From the NCBI GenBank assembly GCA_018712545.1, contig DVGV01000036.1, positions 26,404-90,403 on the forward strand: 64,000 nt of DNA, given 5' to 3'. The notes under the pieces were generated by a model. It was not told where the DNA came from, searched no databases, and worked only from the letters and a program-made list of their open reading frames with translations. The first letter of the stretch is position 1. The number at the start of each line of letters is the position of its first letter. This DNA is from Candidatus Coprenecus merdigallinarum (GTDB lineage: Bacteria; Bacteroidota; Bacteroidia; Bacteroidales; UBA932). Positions 35,039 through 44,521 of this stretch are shown here, in pieces. The translations under genes were made by a program, and so were the position numbers.

Positions 35039-36855
35039 AAATGTCTCTCTATGTCTTGTTCTGTCAATATAAACATGCACTTGCGGCCGGCCGGCGAAAT
35101 CTCGGGCTCGGCGCATGAAAACAAGGTATCTACCAAAAGTCGTGCCTCATCTCCCGATATCCGGGTGTCAGTCCCCGAAACGGCGGCACGGGCCAGTTTC
35201 CGGGCCATTTCCTCCCTCGCAGAGGCCTTTACGAGGCCATCCGGTCCGGCATCCATCAGCGCTGCCACTATGTCATCCACAGCCTTCCGCACAGCCTCCC
35301 CGTCCGTACCGAACCCTTCGGGCAGTCCCTTGACGGATATGGTGAAATCCCCTGCATCCTCAATGTCGAATCCCAGCTGCCGCAGCCTTCCGGGGTCTTC
35401 CATCAGCAGATGGTACCGCTCGGGCGGAAGGGTCACCGCACACGGGAAGAGCACCTGATGGGAAATGGGCGAGCTGTCGTCCAGCTGCCTCAGGTATCTC
35501 TCGTAGAATATCCGCTCCCTGGCCCTGCGCACGTCCACTATCAGCAGGCCGGAGCGCATGGGGGTCGCTATGTAGCGGCTGGAAATCTGAAGGACCCCCG
35601 CCCCGCTTCCGGCCGTTCCGCTGTCCTCGAAGATATGGCCGTAGCCGGCGACATCCGGTTCAGCGGGGGACAATGCCTCGGCTGCAAAAGCCGTAGAGCG
35701 ATGCCCCGGAAAATCAGCTGCTTCCGGCAGAATCGCCCCGTAGTCCACCTTCTTCCCGGATACAGAGCGTCCCCCTCCGGAACTTCCGCCGCTTCCCCTG
35801 GAATAATGGAACTGCGAGGGAGCCGGTATGTCCGGCAGGGTATCGTGGTCGAAATCTATCGTAGGAATAAATGAGCTCCGTCCCAGAGCCTCCCGCACCA
35901 CAGCGGTGAGCAGCTCGAAGATCTCGGTCTCATTCTCAAACTTGACCTCCGTCTTCGAGGGATGTATGTTCACGTCCACATTCTCCGGAGGAGTGGAGAA
36001 GAAGAGGTAGTAGGAGGGATAGGTCCCCTCGGGGATGAGCTTGTCGTAGGCCCTCATCACCGCCTTGTGGAAGTAAGGCGAGCGGAAATAGCGGCCGTTG
36101 ACGAAGAAATACTGGTTGCCGGCACTGCGGCGGGCATCCTGAGGATTGCCCACGAAGCCGGATATCTCTATGATGCGGGTCGAGGTGGACACGTCGATGA
36201 GTTCCTTGCCCATGTCCTTGCCCTCAATCTCGAGGATGCGCTGCTTGAGGGTATTGGCCCGCCTGAGGTTGTAGATGTCCTTGCCGTTGTGGGACAGGCG
36301 GACGCCCACATCCGGACGGCAGAGGGCCACGTGGGAGAACTCGGCTATGACCTGACGCAGCTCCGTATTGTCCGACTTGAGGAACTTGCGCCTGGCCGGG
36401 AGGCTGTAGAAGATGTTGCGGACGGCGATATTGGTCCCCTCGGGCATGGCCGCCTCCTCCTGGGAGACAAGTCCGGAGGGAGCGAAAATGGTCTCAGTGC
36501 CGGTTTCGGAACCTTTCCTGCGGGTACGGAGCGTGACCTCGGCCACCGCCGCGATGGAGGGCAGGGCCTCCCCGCGGAAACCGTAGGTAAGAATCGAGTC
36601 CAGGTCGGAGGCCTGCGCTATCTTGGAGGTAGCGTGTCTCTCGAAGCAGAGCCGCGCCTCTTCCGGAGTCATGCCGCAGCCGTCGTCGATCACCTGGATC
36701 AGGGTCTTGCCCGCATCCTCGATGATGACGCTGACCGAGCCGGCTCCGGCGTCTATGGCATTTTCCAGAAGTTCCTTGACGACAGAGGAAGGGCGCTGGA
36801 CCACTTCCCCGGCGGCTATAAGGTTGGATATGTTGGGAGGCAGAATCCTAAGCAT
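35035..36855 (-). CDS. mutL: DNA mismatch repair protein MutL
   Basis: IAAGEVVQRPSSVVKELLENAIDAG GHKL ATPase N-terminus; 606 aa. Confidence 0.95.
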   Translation of the reverse strand: MLRILPPNISNLIAAGEVVQRPSSVVKELLENAIDAGAGSVSVIIEDAGKTLIQVIDDGCGMTPEEARLCFERHATSKIAQASDLDSILTYGFRGEALPSIAAVAEVTLRTRRKGSETGTETIFAPSGLVSQEEAAMPEGTNIAVRNIFYSLPARRKFLKSDNTELRQVIAEFSHVALCRPDVGVRLSHNGKDIYNLRRANTLKQRILEIEGKDMGKELIDVSTSTRIIEISGFVGNPQDARRSAGNQYFFVNGRYFRSPYFHKAVMRAYDKLIPEGTYPSYYLFFSTPPENVDVNIHPSKTEVKFENETEIFELLTAVVREALGRSSFIPTIDFDHDTLPDIPAPSQFHYSRGSGGSSGGGRSVSGKKVDYGAILPEAADFPGHRSTAFAAEALSPAEPDVAGYGHIFEDSGTAGSGAGVLQISSRYIATPMRSGLLIVDVRRARERIFYERYLRQLDDSSPISHQVLFPCAVTLPPERYHLLMEDPGRLRQLGFDIEDAGDFTISVKGLPEGFGTDGEAVRKAVDDIVAALMDAGPDGLVKASAREEMARKLARAAVSGTDTRISGDEARLLVDTLFSCAEPEISPAGRKCMFILTEQDIERHL

Positions 36856-36864
36856 CGTATCCTG

Positions 36865-37194
36865 TTATCGTATGCCCTCCAGGACTATCGTCGCGTATTT
36901 GGCGAAAAAGTACAGAAGCGCCAGGAAGGTGGCGACCGACACCAGTCCTATGATACGGGTGAGATTCTTGCTGAGCGAGCCGCGTCTGTTGTTGCGGGCC
37001 TGTTCCTGGAACTTGCCGCTGATATACATGCCGGGCCTGTAGGACTCGTCCTTCCACTCCTTGCCCTCCCGGAGGGCCTTCTCGCGGAGCGTCTCGTTCT
37101 TGACCATCTCGCGGCGTTCCTTCCGCTCGTCCCAGTAGCGGGGCTCGTAGTGGAACACGCGGTGATTGGGGACTTTGAAAAAACTTATACCCAT
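36865..37194 (-). CDS. Small conserved membrane protein of unknown function (109 aa) upstream of mutL
   Basis: Basic N-terminal half and a single C-terminal TM helix (IIGLVSVATFLALLYFF). A -7 box lies upstream. Confidence 0.55.
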   Translation of the reverse strand: MGISFFKVPNHRVFHYEPRYWDERKERREMVKNETLREKALREGKEWKDESYRPGMYISGKFQEQARNNRRGSLSKNLTRIIGLVSVATFLALLYFFAKYATIVLEGIR

Positions 37195-37222
37195 CGCTTG
37201 TCTTCTTTAATGTTGCAACTTA

Positions 37223-37230
37223 CAAAAATA
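37223..37230 (-). promoter_or_regulatory. Bacteroidota -7 box (TATTTTTG)
   Basis: Exact TAnnTTTG on the minus strand, 29 nt upstream of the ATG at 37194. Confidence 0.5.
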
Positions 37231-37238
37231 GATAAAAT

Positions 37239-38420
37239 TTACCTCACTTGCAACAGCCACTTCCGGCTCAGCCACCTGCGCAGAGGCTCGTCATACACCT
37301 TCAGGACGACGTACGCCAGGACTATGCTGCCCAGAAACACCGTCACCGCCCCCGGCCACGCCTCGGAGAAAGGCACGCCGGTAAAGGTCCAGGAATAGAA
37401 CAGGTACATGAAGGGATAGTGGATCATGTAGACCGGATAGGATATGTCGCCCAGGAACTTGCAGATGCGCCCGGAGACAGGACCGGCAAGGCGCCCCGAC
37501 GCTCCTATGTAGACCAGCAGAGGGAAGATACAGGTGACGCAGACCGCCTCGTACAGGCCGTTGAGCCACATACGGTCCTCTCCTCCGATTCGGGGAACCG
37601 AAAGCAGGAGGATGACAGCCGCCGAGCAGATCCAGAACGCCCCGCGCACCTTCCACGGCCGGAAGCCGCGGGACATCAGCAGCCCGACTCCGAACGAGAA
37701 CATCAGCCGCAGGAAGCCGCCCGGAAGGTTCAGGTCCGTCAACGACCAGCCCACCCCGAGATGGCCGAAGCCGGAAAGGCCGCCCACCGCATAACCCGCC
37801 AGGCCCAGGCCGGAGACCGCGACCACAACAGACAGCCAGCGGGTGGACAGCCTGCGCAGGACCAGCGCATAGAGGATGTTGCCGATATATTCGAAGAACA
37901 GGGACCAGGAAGGGCCGTTGAGCGGATACATCTCGTTGTTGCCCCGCACCTCGTAGGGCGCCCCGGGATAGGCCGGAATCAGGAACATGCCCAGCAGCAT
38001 GGCCAGCATCACCGCTCCGAATGGCACATGCGTCCCATCCCACTGCACCGAGCCCTGAATCAGGAAGGTCACCGCACCCAGCACCGAGCCGAGCATCACC
38101 ATCGGATGCAGACGGATCAGGCGTCGCTTGAGGAAATCCCTTATCCTCATGCCCCCGCGGACTCCGGAAGCGTCCCCCGGCCGTCCCTTCCACCGGTCGT
38201 CGTAAGCATATCCGACCACGAAGCCGGAGAGGATGAAGAAGAAGTCCACGGCCAGATACCCGTGATTGAACTTCTGGTCCAGCGGGCTGGTTGCGAAACC
38301 TTCGAACACGTGATACCATATCACCACCAGGGCGGCCACTCCGCGCAGCCCGTCCAGAATGGCATAGTGCGGCTTGGAATCCGCGAAGGCCGATGCGGCC
38401 ACAGTATTGCCTGTTTTCAT
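37239..38420 (-). CDS. Acyltransferase family 3 (OafA-like) membrane protein
   Basis: ILDGLRGVAALVVIWYHV N-terminal signature; about 10 TM segments. Confidence 0.8.
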   Translation of the reverse strand: MKTGNTVAASAFADSKPHYAILDGLRGVAALVVIWYHVFEGFATSPLDQKFNHGYLAVDFFFILSGFVVGYAYDDRWKGRPGDASGVRGGMRIRDFLKRRLIRLHPMVMLGSVLGAVTFLIQGSVQWDGTHVPFGAVMLAMLLGMFLIPAYPGAPYEVRGNNEMYPLNGPSWSLFFEYIGNILYALVLRRLSTRWLSVVVAVSGLGLAGYAVGGLSGFGHLGVGWSLTDLNLPGGFLRLMFSFGVGLLMSRGFRPWKVRGAFWICSAAVILLLSVPRIGGEDRMWLNGLYEAVCVTCIFPLLVYIGASGRLAGPVSGRICKFLGDISYPVYMIHYPFMYLFYSWTFTGVPFSEAWPGAVTVFLGSIVLAYVVLKVYDEPLRRWLSRKWLLQVR

Positions 38421-38432
38421 AATCAGTTTTAT

Positions 38433-39212
38433 TTAATCATTGTCACAGCTTATGGAAGAATACACCGCAGCAACGCAGAGAGTTGCCGCAGTCTCGGTGC
38501 GCAGGCGCGAGGGGCCGAGGGACAGGGGCTCGAAACCGGCCTGCAGGGCCTCCGCGATCTCCTCCGAGGAGAAATCCCCCTCAGGCCCGATGAGGAACAA
38601 TGCCCCGGGCCGGGCCTCTCCGGCAGCCTCATCCCCTCCGGCCTTCACGGCGGCGACCGCCTCCATCAGCGGCACACGGGTATTCAGCCCCGCCGCTATA
38701 TCGCTGTCGCAGTATGCGATGAACTTCTTCCCGGAGAACCCTGCCGAGCGCACCTCCTCCATCAGGGCCCGGAACGGAGTAAGTCCGTCGAGCTGCGGCA
38801 CTGCCCCCTTGAGGGACTGTTTGGCGGCAGCGACGATGACCCTCTGCCCGCGCTCCTGATTGTACACCTTCCGCTCGGAATGGGCGCAGAGCAGGGGTGT
38901 GATCCGGTCCACTCCCATCTCCGTAGCCTTCTCGGTAAACCACTCGAAGCGGTCGATATTCTTCGTCGGAGCCACGGCCATCCACAGCCGGTAGGGATGC
39001 GTTCCGAAGCCGCCCTCGACCGAGAGCACCCGGGCCACGGCCGCACGGCTGTCCGCCTCCTCGAGACAGCAGCGGTAGAGATTGCCGTCCCCTCCGCTTA
39101 CATAGACCTCATCCCCTACCCTGTGCCTGAGCACCTTGACGCAGTGAGCGGACTCCTCGGGAGAGAGACGGATCCTCCCGTCACGGATATCATTTGAATA
39201 AAATACTTCCAT
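38433..39212 (-). CDS. rsmE: 16S rRNA (uracil1498-N3)-methyltransferase
   Basis: PUA-like N-terminus (RIRLSPEESAHCVKVLRHRVGDEV) and IGPEGDFSSEEI motif. The ATG at 39212 is preferred. Confidence 0.85.
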   Translation of the reverse strand: MEVFYSNDIRDGRIRLSPEESAHCVKVLRHRVGDEVYVSGGDGNLYRCCLEEADSRAAVARVLSVEGGFGTHPYRLWMAVAPTKNIDRFEWFTEKATEMGVDRITPLLCAHSERKVYNQERGQRVIVAAAKQSLKGAVPQLDGLTPFRALMEEVRSAGFSGKKFIAYCDSDIAAGLNTRVPLMEAVAAVKAGGDEAAGEARPGALFLIGPEGDFSSEEIAEALQAGFEPLSLGPSRLRTETAATLCVAAVYSSISCDND

Positions 39213-39270
39213 GCCCGCAAAAATACTCCATTTTTTCCTATCTTGGCAGTCCGTTAAAGACTCACAGGAC

Positions 39271-40107
39271 ATGAACAGCGCAGCATTTTTCCCCGACCGC
39301 CGGATCTCCGTCATGGGGATCGTCAACCTCACTGACAACTCCTATTTTGCCTCCAGCCGCTGCCTCGGCCCCTCCGGAGAGGTGGACCTGGGCAAGGCTC
39401 TCGACCGCACGGAGCGGATGCTGGCCGAGGGCGCCGATATTATAGACATAGGTGCGTGCTCGACCCGTCCGGGATCGCAGGGAGTGGGCGCAGAGGAGGA
39501 ATGGCGCAGGCTCGGGCCTTTCCTGCGGGAGGTGCGCAGGGCCTTCGGGGACGGTGTCCGCATATCGGTCGATACCTACTGGGCTTCGGTCGTCGAACGC
39601 TGCTTCGACACGGTCGGCCCGTTCATGGTCAATGACATATCGGCGGGGGAGGACGATCCGGCGATGCTGCCGCTGGTGGGTCGGCTGGGACTGGAGTACG
39701 TGGCGATGCACAAGCGCGGCACTCCGGCGGACATGCAGTCGCTGTGCCAATATGAAGATGTGGTGGAGGATGTGCTGGCCTACTTCGTGGATTTCGGCCG
39801 CCGGGCCGCTGAGCACGGCATCAGGGAATGGATTCCGGACCCCGGATTCGGGTTCGCCAAGACTGTGGAGCAGAACTACCGGCTGCTGGCCGGCCTGGAG
39901 CGTTTCGCCGCACTGGGCCGCCCGATACTCGTCGGCGTGTCCCGCAAGAGCATGATCTACCGTCTTCTCGGCATCACCCCAGAGGAGTCCCTGCCCCAGA
40001 CCCAGGTCCTGCACCTGGCAGCCCTCGAGCGCGGCGCCTCCATCCTCCGCGTCCACGACGTCGCAGAGGCCGTCCGCACCGTACGCATCTGGCGCGCTTT
40101 GCAGTAG
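39271..40107 (+). CDS. folP: Dihydropteroate synthase
   Basis: VMGIVNLTDNSYF, DIGACSTRPG and DPGFGFAKT motifs. The ATG at 39271 is preferred. Confidence 0.9.
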   Translation: MNSAAFFPDRRISVMGIVNLTDNSYFASSRCLGPSGEVDLGKALDRTERMLAEGADIIDIGACSTRPGSQGVGAEEEWRRLGPFLREVRRAFGDGVRISVDTYWASVVERCFDTVGPFMVNDISAGEDDPAMLPLVGRLGLEYVAMHKRGTPADMQSLCQYEDVVEDVLAYFVDFGRRAAEHGIREWIPDPGFGFAKTVEQNYRLLAGLERFAALGRPILVGVSRKSMIYRLLGITPEESLPQTQVLHLAALERGASILRVHDVAEAVRTVRIWRALQ

Positions 40108-40109
40108 CA

Positions 40110-40221
40110 GGAGGAGATATGCAGCGACGAGAAATGACTAGCCGCCCTCGGCTCTAGAGGGAGGGGCCCGCCGCGAAGCGGTGGGAGGGCCTGGTCATTT
40201 CGACCGCTGCATATCTCCTCC
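40110..40221. repeat. 112-nt GC-rich nested inverted repeat (long hairpin)
   Basis: The 17-bp perfect arm GGAGGAGATATGCAGCG (40110-40126) pairs with 40205-40221. An 8-bp arm GAAATGAC (40131-40138) pairs with 40194-40201. The 55-nt interior contains the further hairpins CCCGCCGC-GAA-GCGGTGGG and GCCCTC/GAGGGC. Confidence 0.8.
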
Positions 40222-40234
40222 GTCGGAGCGATTG

Positions 40235-40257
40235 AGCAGGACTGAGGCCCAGACGGC
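40235..40257. repeat. 23-nt direct repeat, copy 1 (detached duplicate of the ispF 3' end)
   Basis: AGCAGGACTGAGGCCCAGACGGC is identical to 40940..40962. On the minus strand it reads ..[11 protein letters not shown].., compared with ispF ..[11 protein letters not shown]... Confidence 0.9.
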
Positions 40258-40324
40258 ATCGGCTCACACAATGCGTTGAGGGCTCGTCCCCGCTCAAATA
40301 TTTTGTCGCACAAGAAAAATGTAT

Positions 40325-40332
40325 TAACTTTG
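40325..40332 (+). promoter_or_regulatory. Bacteroidota -7 box (TAACTTTG) inside the insert
   Basis: Exact TAnnTTTG upstream of the Abi-like ORF. Confidence 0.45.
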
Positions 40333-40401
40333 CAGCAACATGCTTACCCCGCTTCCCATAAGAACAGCGCGCTCAGGGTGAGCTTTTTATTTTATGCGCC
40401 C

Positions 40402-40899
40402 ATGACAACGGACAAGATACCTTATCCCAAACAACTCATATCCTTTACGGATCAGATAAGCCTACTCAAACAGAGGGGCATGGTCTTCGGGGATGAAGCC
40501 AAAGCCCTCCGCCTGCTGCATAACATCAGCTATTACCGTTTGAGCGGTTACTGGTATCCTCTTCTGGCGGACAAGGTTTTCGCATCATGGCTTCACTGCA
40601 TCGTGTATGTAAGGAACATCTGTGCGCACCACAGCCGATTGTGGAACAGGTCTTTAAGTATCCGTCCGCAGATGCCGCGTTCTCCGCGCAACACATTCAT
40701 CCCTTTGCCGACCGGCGGAACGCAGCAGATCTATTTTGTATTGAGCATGATTATCTACCTGCTGAACACGGTCAACCCGAACCATTCGCTTGTTCCAAGG
40801 TTCTGCGAGCTTCTGAAGCGTTATCCGTCAATCGATGTACGCGCTATGGGATTCCCGGATAATTGGAAAAACGAAAACCTTTGGAAAAACAGTTTTTGA
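40402..40899 (+). pseudogene. Abi_2 (AbiD/AbiF-like) abortive-infection family gene, internally deleted remnant
   Basis: Family N-terminus (ISFTDQISLLKQRGMVFGDEAKALRLLHNISYYRLSGYWYPLLADK) is joined directly to the C-terminal block VFASWLHCIVYVRNICAHHSRLWNR. It is 165 aa, whereas family members are usually about 300 aa. Confidence 0.65.
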
Positions 40900-40926
40900 A
40901 TTATAACAGCTATTCTGCTTAGCGCA

Positions 40927-41415
40927 CTACACGGCCTGCAGCAGGACTGAGGCCCAGACGGCGATGCCCTCCTCGCGGCCGGTGAAGCCGAGGTGCTCGG
41001 TCGTGGTGGCCTTGACGGAGACCTGGGAGATGTCCACACCTAGGATATCCGACAAGGTCTGCCGCATCTGGATGATGTGCGGAGCGAGCTTGGGACGCTG
41101 GGCGGCTATGGTGATGTCGGCATTGGATACTGCATAGCCATGCGAGCGGACCAAGGCATCCACCCTCTGCAGCAGGATCTTGCTGTCTATGCCGCGGTAT
41201 TCCTCCGAAGTATCCGGGAAATGCTGACCGATGTCGCCGAGAGCCAAGGCCCCGAGCATGGCGTCGCAGAGAGCGTGGATGGCCACGTCCCCGTCCGAGT
41301 GGGCGATACAGCCCTTGGTATGCGGGATCCTCACCCCGCCGAGCCACAGCTCCAGCCCGTCACCCAGGGCGTGCACGTCGTAGCCGTGGCCTATTCTGAA
41401 TGGAAGAGAACTCAT
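40927..41415 (-). CDS. ispF: 2-C-methyl-D-erythritol 2,4-cyclodiphosphate synthase
   Basis: [18 protein letters not shown] and GDIG motifs; 162 aa. Confidence 0.95.
   Translation of the reverse strand: MSSLPFRIGHGYDVHALGDGLELWLGGVRIPHTKGCIAHSDGDVAIHALCDAMLGALALGDIGQHFPDTSEEYRGIDSKILLQRVDALVRSHGYAVSNADITIAAQRPKLAPHIIQMRQTLSDILGVDISQVSVKATTTEHLGFTGREEGIAVWASVLLQAV
40940..40962. repeat. 23-nt direct repeat, copy 2 (inside the functional 3' end of ispF)
   Basis: Identical to 40235..40257. Confidence 0.9.
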
Positions 41416-41473
41416 CGTCTGAATAAATTTAACGGTCCGGGCACAAATGTAAACAAAAAAACCGCGAAAGCAG

Positions 41474-41481
41474 TATATTTG
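41474..41481 (+). promoter_or_regulatory. Bacteroidota -7 box (TATATTTG)
   Basis: Exact TAnnTTTG 26 nt upstream of the ATG at 41507. Confidence 0.55.
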
Positions 41482-41506
41482 CCCTCACTAATACGACAAC
41501 CGACAC

Positions 41507-42004
41507 ATGTACATCGGAATCATTTCAGACACCCACTGCTGGTTCGACGACCCGCTGAAAAAGTTCCTCGAGCCGGTGGACGAGATATGGCACGCGGGAG
41601 ACTTCGGCAACGAGGAGACACTGCTGCAGATTGCGGATTTCAAGCCGCTCAAAGGAGTATACGGCAACTGCGACGGCACGCAGGTCCGCGGCAGAGTCCC
41701 GTACACACAGTTTTTCGAGTGCGGGGGAAAGAGAGTCCTGATGATGCACATCGGCGGCTACCCCGGCCGCTACGACTACAAGGCCTTCCAGCTCATCAAC
41801 GCCCACCTTCCCGACATCTTCGTCTGCGGCCACTCCCACATCCTCAAAGTCATCTTCGACAAGAAATACAACATGCTCACCGTCAATCCAGGTGCCGCCG
41901 GCATCCAGGGCTTCCATCAGGTGAGGACAGCCATAAGGGTCCACATCGACGACGGGGATATTCACGGCATGGAGATCGGAGAATGGCCCAGATTTGTCAA
42001 ATAA
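41507..42004 (+). CDS. YfcE/MJ0936-type metallophosphoesterase
   Basis: ISDTH, GDFG, GNCDG and GHSH motifs in canonical order. Confidence 0.85.
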   Translation: MYIGIISDTHCWFDDPLKKFLEPVDEIWHAGDFGNEETLLQIADFKPLKGVYGNCDGTQVRGRVPYTQFFECGGKRVLMMHIGGYPGRYDYKAFQLINAHLPDIFVCGHSHILKVIFDKKYNMLTVNPGAAGIQGFHQVRTAIRVHIDDGDIHGMEIGEWPRFVK

Positions 42005-42053
42005 TCACTATATTTACACTCGTTTTTGAGAATCATCAACCCACACAACACAA

Positions 42054-44510
42054 ATGAAACGCAACTTTCTGATAATCACAGCACTCTTCTGCATGACCGC
42101 GACTGCCGCATGGTCACAGCAGACCCCGGTGACCGAGGCCAACTACGAGCTGGCCGAACGGTTCTCGACCAATAAGGTCAACAGCATGGTTTTCTCACAG
42201 AACATACGTCCGTCATGGTTCCCCAACTCGGACAAGTTCTGGTATCAGTGGAAAAGCCACGAGGGTGTCAACTACTGGATTGTGGACCCCGCGGCCAAGA
42301 CCAAGACAGCCGTCTTCGACATGGACAAGCTTGCCATGGAGCTGACCTCCATCATCAAGGATCCCTTCGATGCCCAGCACATTCCTTTCAGGAACTTCAG
42401 GCTCAAGGACGACAAGACCTTCACCTTTGAGATTCCTTCTACCGTGGAACAGCCCGTGAAGGACGACAAGGACACCTCCGCCGCAGCCAGGAAGAATCCC
42501 AAGATGGAGAAAAAGACCTTCCGCTTCGAATACGACATCGCCACCAGGAAGCTGACCGACGTATCCGACCAGGAAGAAAAGAAGGATTTCCCCCGCTGGG
42601 CCAACATCGCACCCGACAGCAGCTACGTCATCTATGCCAAGGGCTACAACCTCTGGTACATGGACATGGAGAACCTCCGCAAGGCCATGGAGGATGATAA
42701 GGATTCCACTATCGTAGAGTACGCCCTCACCACTGACGGAACCAAGGACGTGCCCTACGGCGGAAACAGCTACTCCGGCATCGACGACAGGGACACCAGC
42801 AGGAGATACTCCGCATGGGGACAGTGGTCTCCCGACTCCAGGCACTTCATCATGGAAAAATATGACATGAGCAACATCGGTGAGCTCTGGGTGATCAACT
42901 CCACCGCCGAGCCCCGTCCCAAGCTCGAGACCTACAAGTACCAGATGCCCGGAGAGCCCGGTCCCAAGAGCTACCTCATGCTCTTCGACATGCAGGACAA
43001 ATCTTCCAAAGTACTCGACGTCTGGGCTTTCAAGGACCAGACCGTAAGCATCCACAGCAAGCCCTACACCACCAAGGACAGGTACAAGGACTATGTGGCT
43101 CCCGAATGGCTCGGTGACGCCTCGTCCTTCTACTTCACCCGCACCAGCCGCGACGAGCACCGTGTGGACATCTGCCGCTACTGGCTCGACACCGACTCCG
43201 TCCAGGTACTGATAGAGGAGCGTCTGAACACCTACATCGACGTGTGCGACTTCGAGCTTCTGAAGGACGGCCGGATCGTAATGCGCTCGGAGCGCAACGG
43301 CTGGGCCCAGCTCTACCTGCATGACAGCGACGGAGAGCTGATCCGTCCTCTTACAGAAGGCGCATACCACGTTTCCGCCATCATGGGCGTGGACGAGAAG
43401 GGCGGCACAGTATTCTTCACCGCCAACGGCTATGACAAGAACGAGAACCCCTACTACAACCATCTCTTCCGCGTCGGCCTCAACGGCTCCGGAGTGAAGA
43501 TGCTCAACCCCGGCGACTTCTACAACAACAGCTGGATGCCCGATGACCTGAAATACTTCGTCAACAACGCCTCCAGAGTAGACTCCGCTCCCGCCAACGC
43601 TCTCTACAGCGCCAACGGAATCAAGATCATGGACCTCGAGACCTGCGACCTGAGCCTCCTCTTCCAGGCCGGATACCAGTATCCCGAGATATTCAAGGCC
43701 AAGGCCGCTGACGGCGTCACAGACCTCTGGGGCGTCATCTACAAACCCTTCGACTTCGACTCCACCAAGCTCTACCCCATCATCGAGTACGTATATCCCG
43801 GTCCTCAGGTAGAGTCCACCAACTACACCTGGAGCGCAGGCATGACCCGTACCGACCGCCTGGCACAGCTCGGATTCATCGTCGTTACAGTAGGTCATAG
43901 AGGAGGCCACCCCGACCGCTCTAAATGGTATCACAACTTCGGATACGGCAATATGCGCTACTATCCCCTCGCTGACCACAAATACGTAATTCAGAACCTT
44001 GCCGCCGAGCGCAAGTACATGGACATCAACAAAGTCGGCATCCACGGTCACTCCGGCGGAGGATTCATGTCCACAGCGGCCATCCTCACCTATCCTGACT
44101 TCTACAAGGCCGCCGTTTCTTGTGCCGGCAACCACGACAACAACATCTACAACCGCTGGTGGAGCGAGACCCATCACGGAGTGAAGGAAAAAGTATCCGC
44201 CGACGGCGACACCACGTTCAACTACAGCATCGAGGCCAACCACCAGTTCGCCAAGAATCTCAAGGGACACCTCATGCTCGTGCACGGTGACATGGACAAC
44301 AACGTCCATCCCGCCAACACTATCCGCGTAGCCGACGCCCTCATCCGCGCCAACAAGCGCTTCGAGATGCTTTACCTGCCCGGTCAGCGTCACGGCTTCG
44401 GCGACATGAACGAATACTTCTTCTGGAGGATGGCCGACTTCTTCAGCCGCTGGCTCATAGGCGACTGCGAGGAGGACGTGGACATCCATCAGCTCAACAA
44501 CGACCTATAA
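42054..44510 (+). CDS. S9 family serine peptidase (DPP IV-like beta-propeller plus alpha/beta-hydrolase)
   Basis: Signal peptide. Catalytic triad context GIHGHSGGGFMS, VHGDMDNNV and PGQRHGF. Confidence 0.85.
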   Translation: MKRNFLIITALFCMTATAAWSQQTPVTEANYELAERFSTNKVNSMVFSQNIRPSWFPNSDKFWYQWKSHEGVNYWIVDPAAKTKTAVFDMDKLAMELTSIIKDPFDAQHIPFRNFRLKDDKTFTFEIPSTVEQPVKDDKDTSAAARKNPKMEKKTFRFEYDIATRKLTDVSDQEEKKDFPRWANIAPDSSYVIYAKGYNLWYMDMENLRKAMEDDKDSTIVEYALTTDGTKDVPYGGNSYSGIDDRDTSRRYSAWGQWSPDSRHFIMEKYDMSNIGELWVINSTAEPRPKLETYKYQMPGEPGPKSYLMLFDMQDKSSKVLDVWAFKDQTVSIHSKPYTTKDRYKDYVAPEWLGDASSFYFTRTSRDEHRVDICRYWLDTDSVQVLIEERLNTYIDVCDFELLKDGRIVMRSERNGWAQLYLHDSDGELIRPLTEGAYHVSAIMGVDEKGGTVFFTANGYDKNENPYYNHLFRVGLNGSGVKMLNPGDFYNNSWMPDDLKYFVNNASRVDSAPANALYSANGIKIMDLETCDLSLLFQAGYQYPEIFKAKAADGVTDLWGVIYKPFDFDSTKLYPIIEYVYPGPQVESTNYTWSAGMTRTDRLAQLGFIVVTVGHRGGHPDRSKWYHNFGYGNMRYYPLADHKYVIQNLAAERKYMDINKVGIHGHSGGGFMSTAAILTYPDFYKAAVSCAGNHDNNIYNRWWSETHHGVKEKVSADGDTTFNYSIEANHQFAKNLKGHLMLVHGDMDNNVHPANTIRVADALIRANKRFEMLYLPGQRHGFGDMNEYFFWRMADFFSRWLIGDCEEDVDIHQLNNDL

Positions 44511-44521
44511 TCCGCCAAGGA

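Noticed and set aside
40110-40221. The long palindrome as an integron attC site or a riboswitch.
   Set aside because: There is no GTTRRRY/RYYYAAC core pair, no intI gene and no cassette array. There is no similarity to any riboswitch core I know, and no downstream regulated gene in the right orientation. It is reported only as an unexplained structure.
42213-44489. Very long antisense ORFs that mirror real genes. Examples: 758 aa opposite the S9 peptidase; 58281..60263 opposite the Udk-like gene; 60400..62562 opposite uvrA; 27497..29500 opposite GH31; 37248..39197, 35962..37398, 21931..22920 and 2539..3621.
   Set aside because: Each lies exactly opposite a gene with strong family motifs. Their translations are low-complexity (G/V/H/R/D/A-rich) with no motif, signal peptide or promoter box. 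This is the usual shadow-ORF artefact of GC3-rich codon usage, not overlapping genes.
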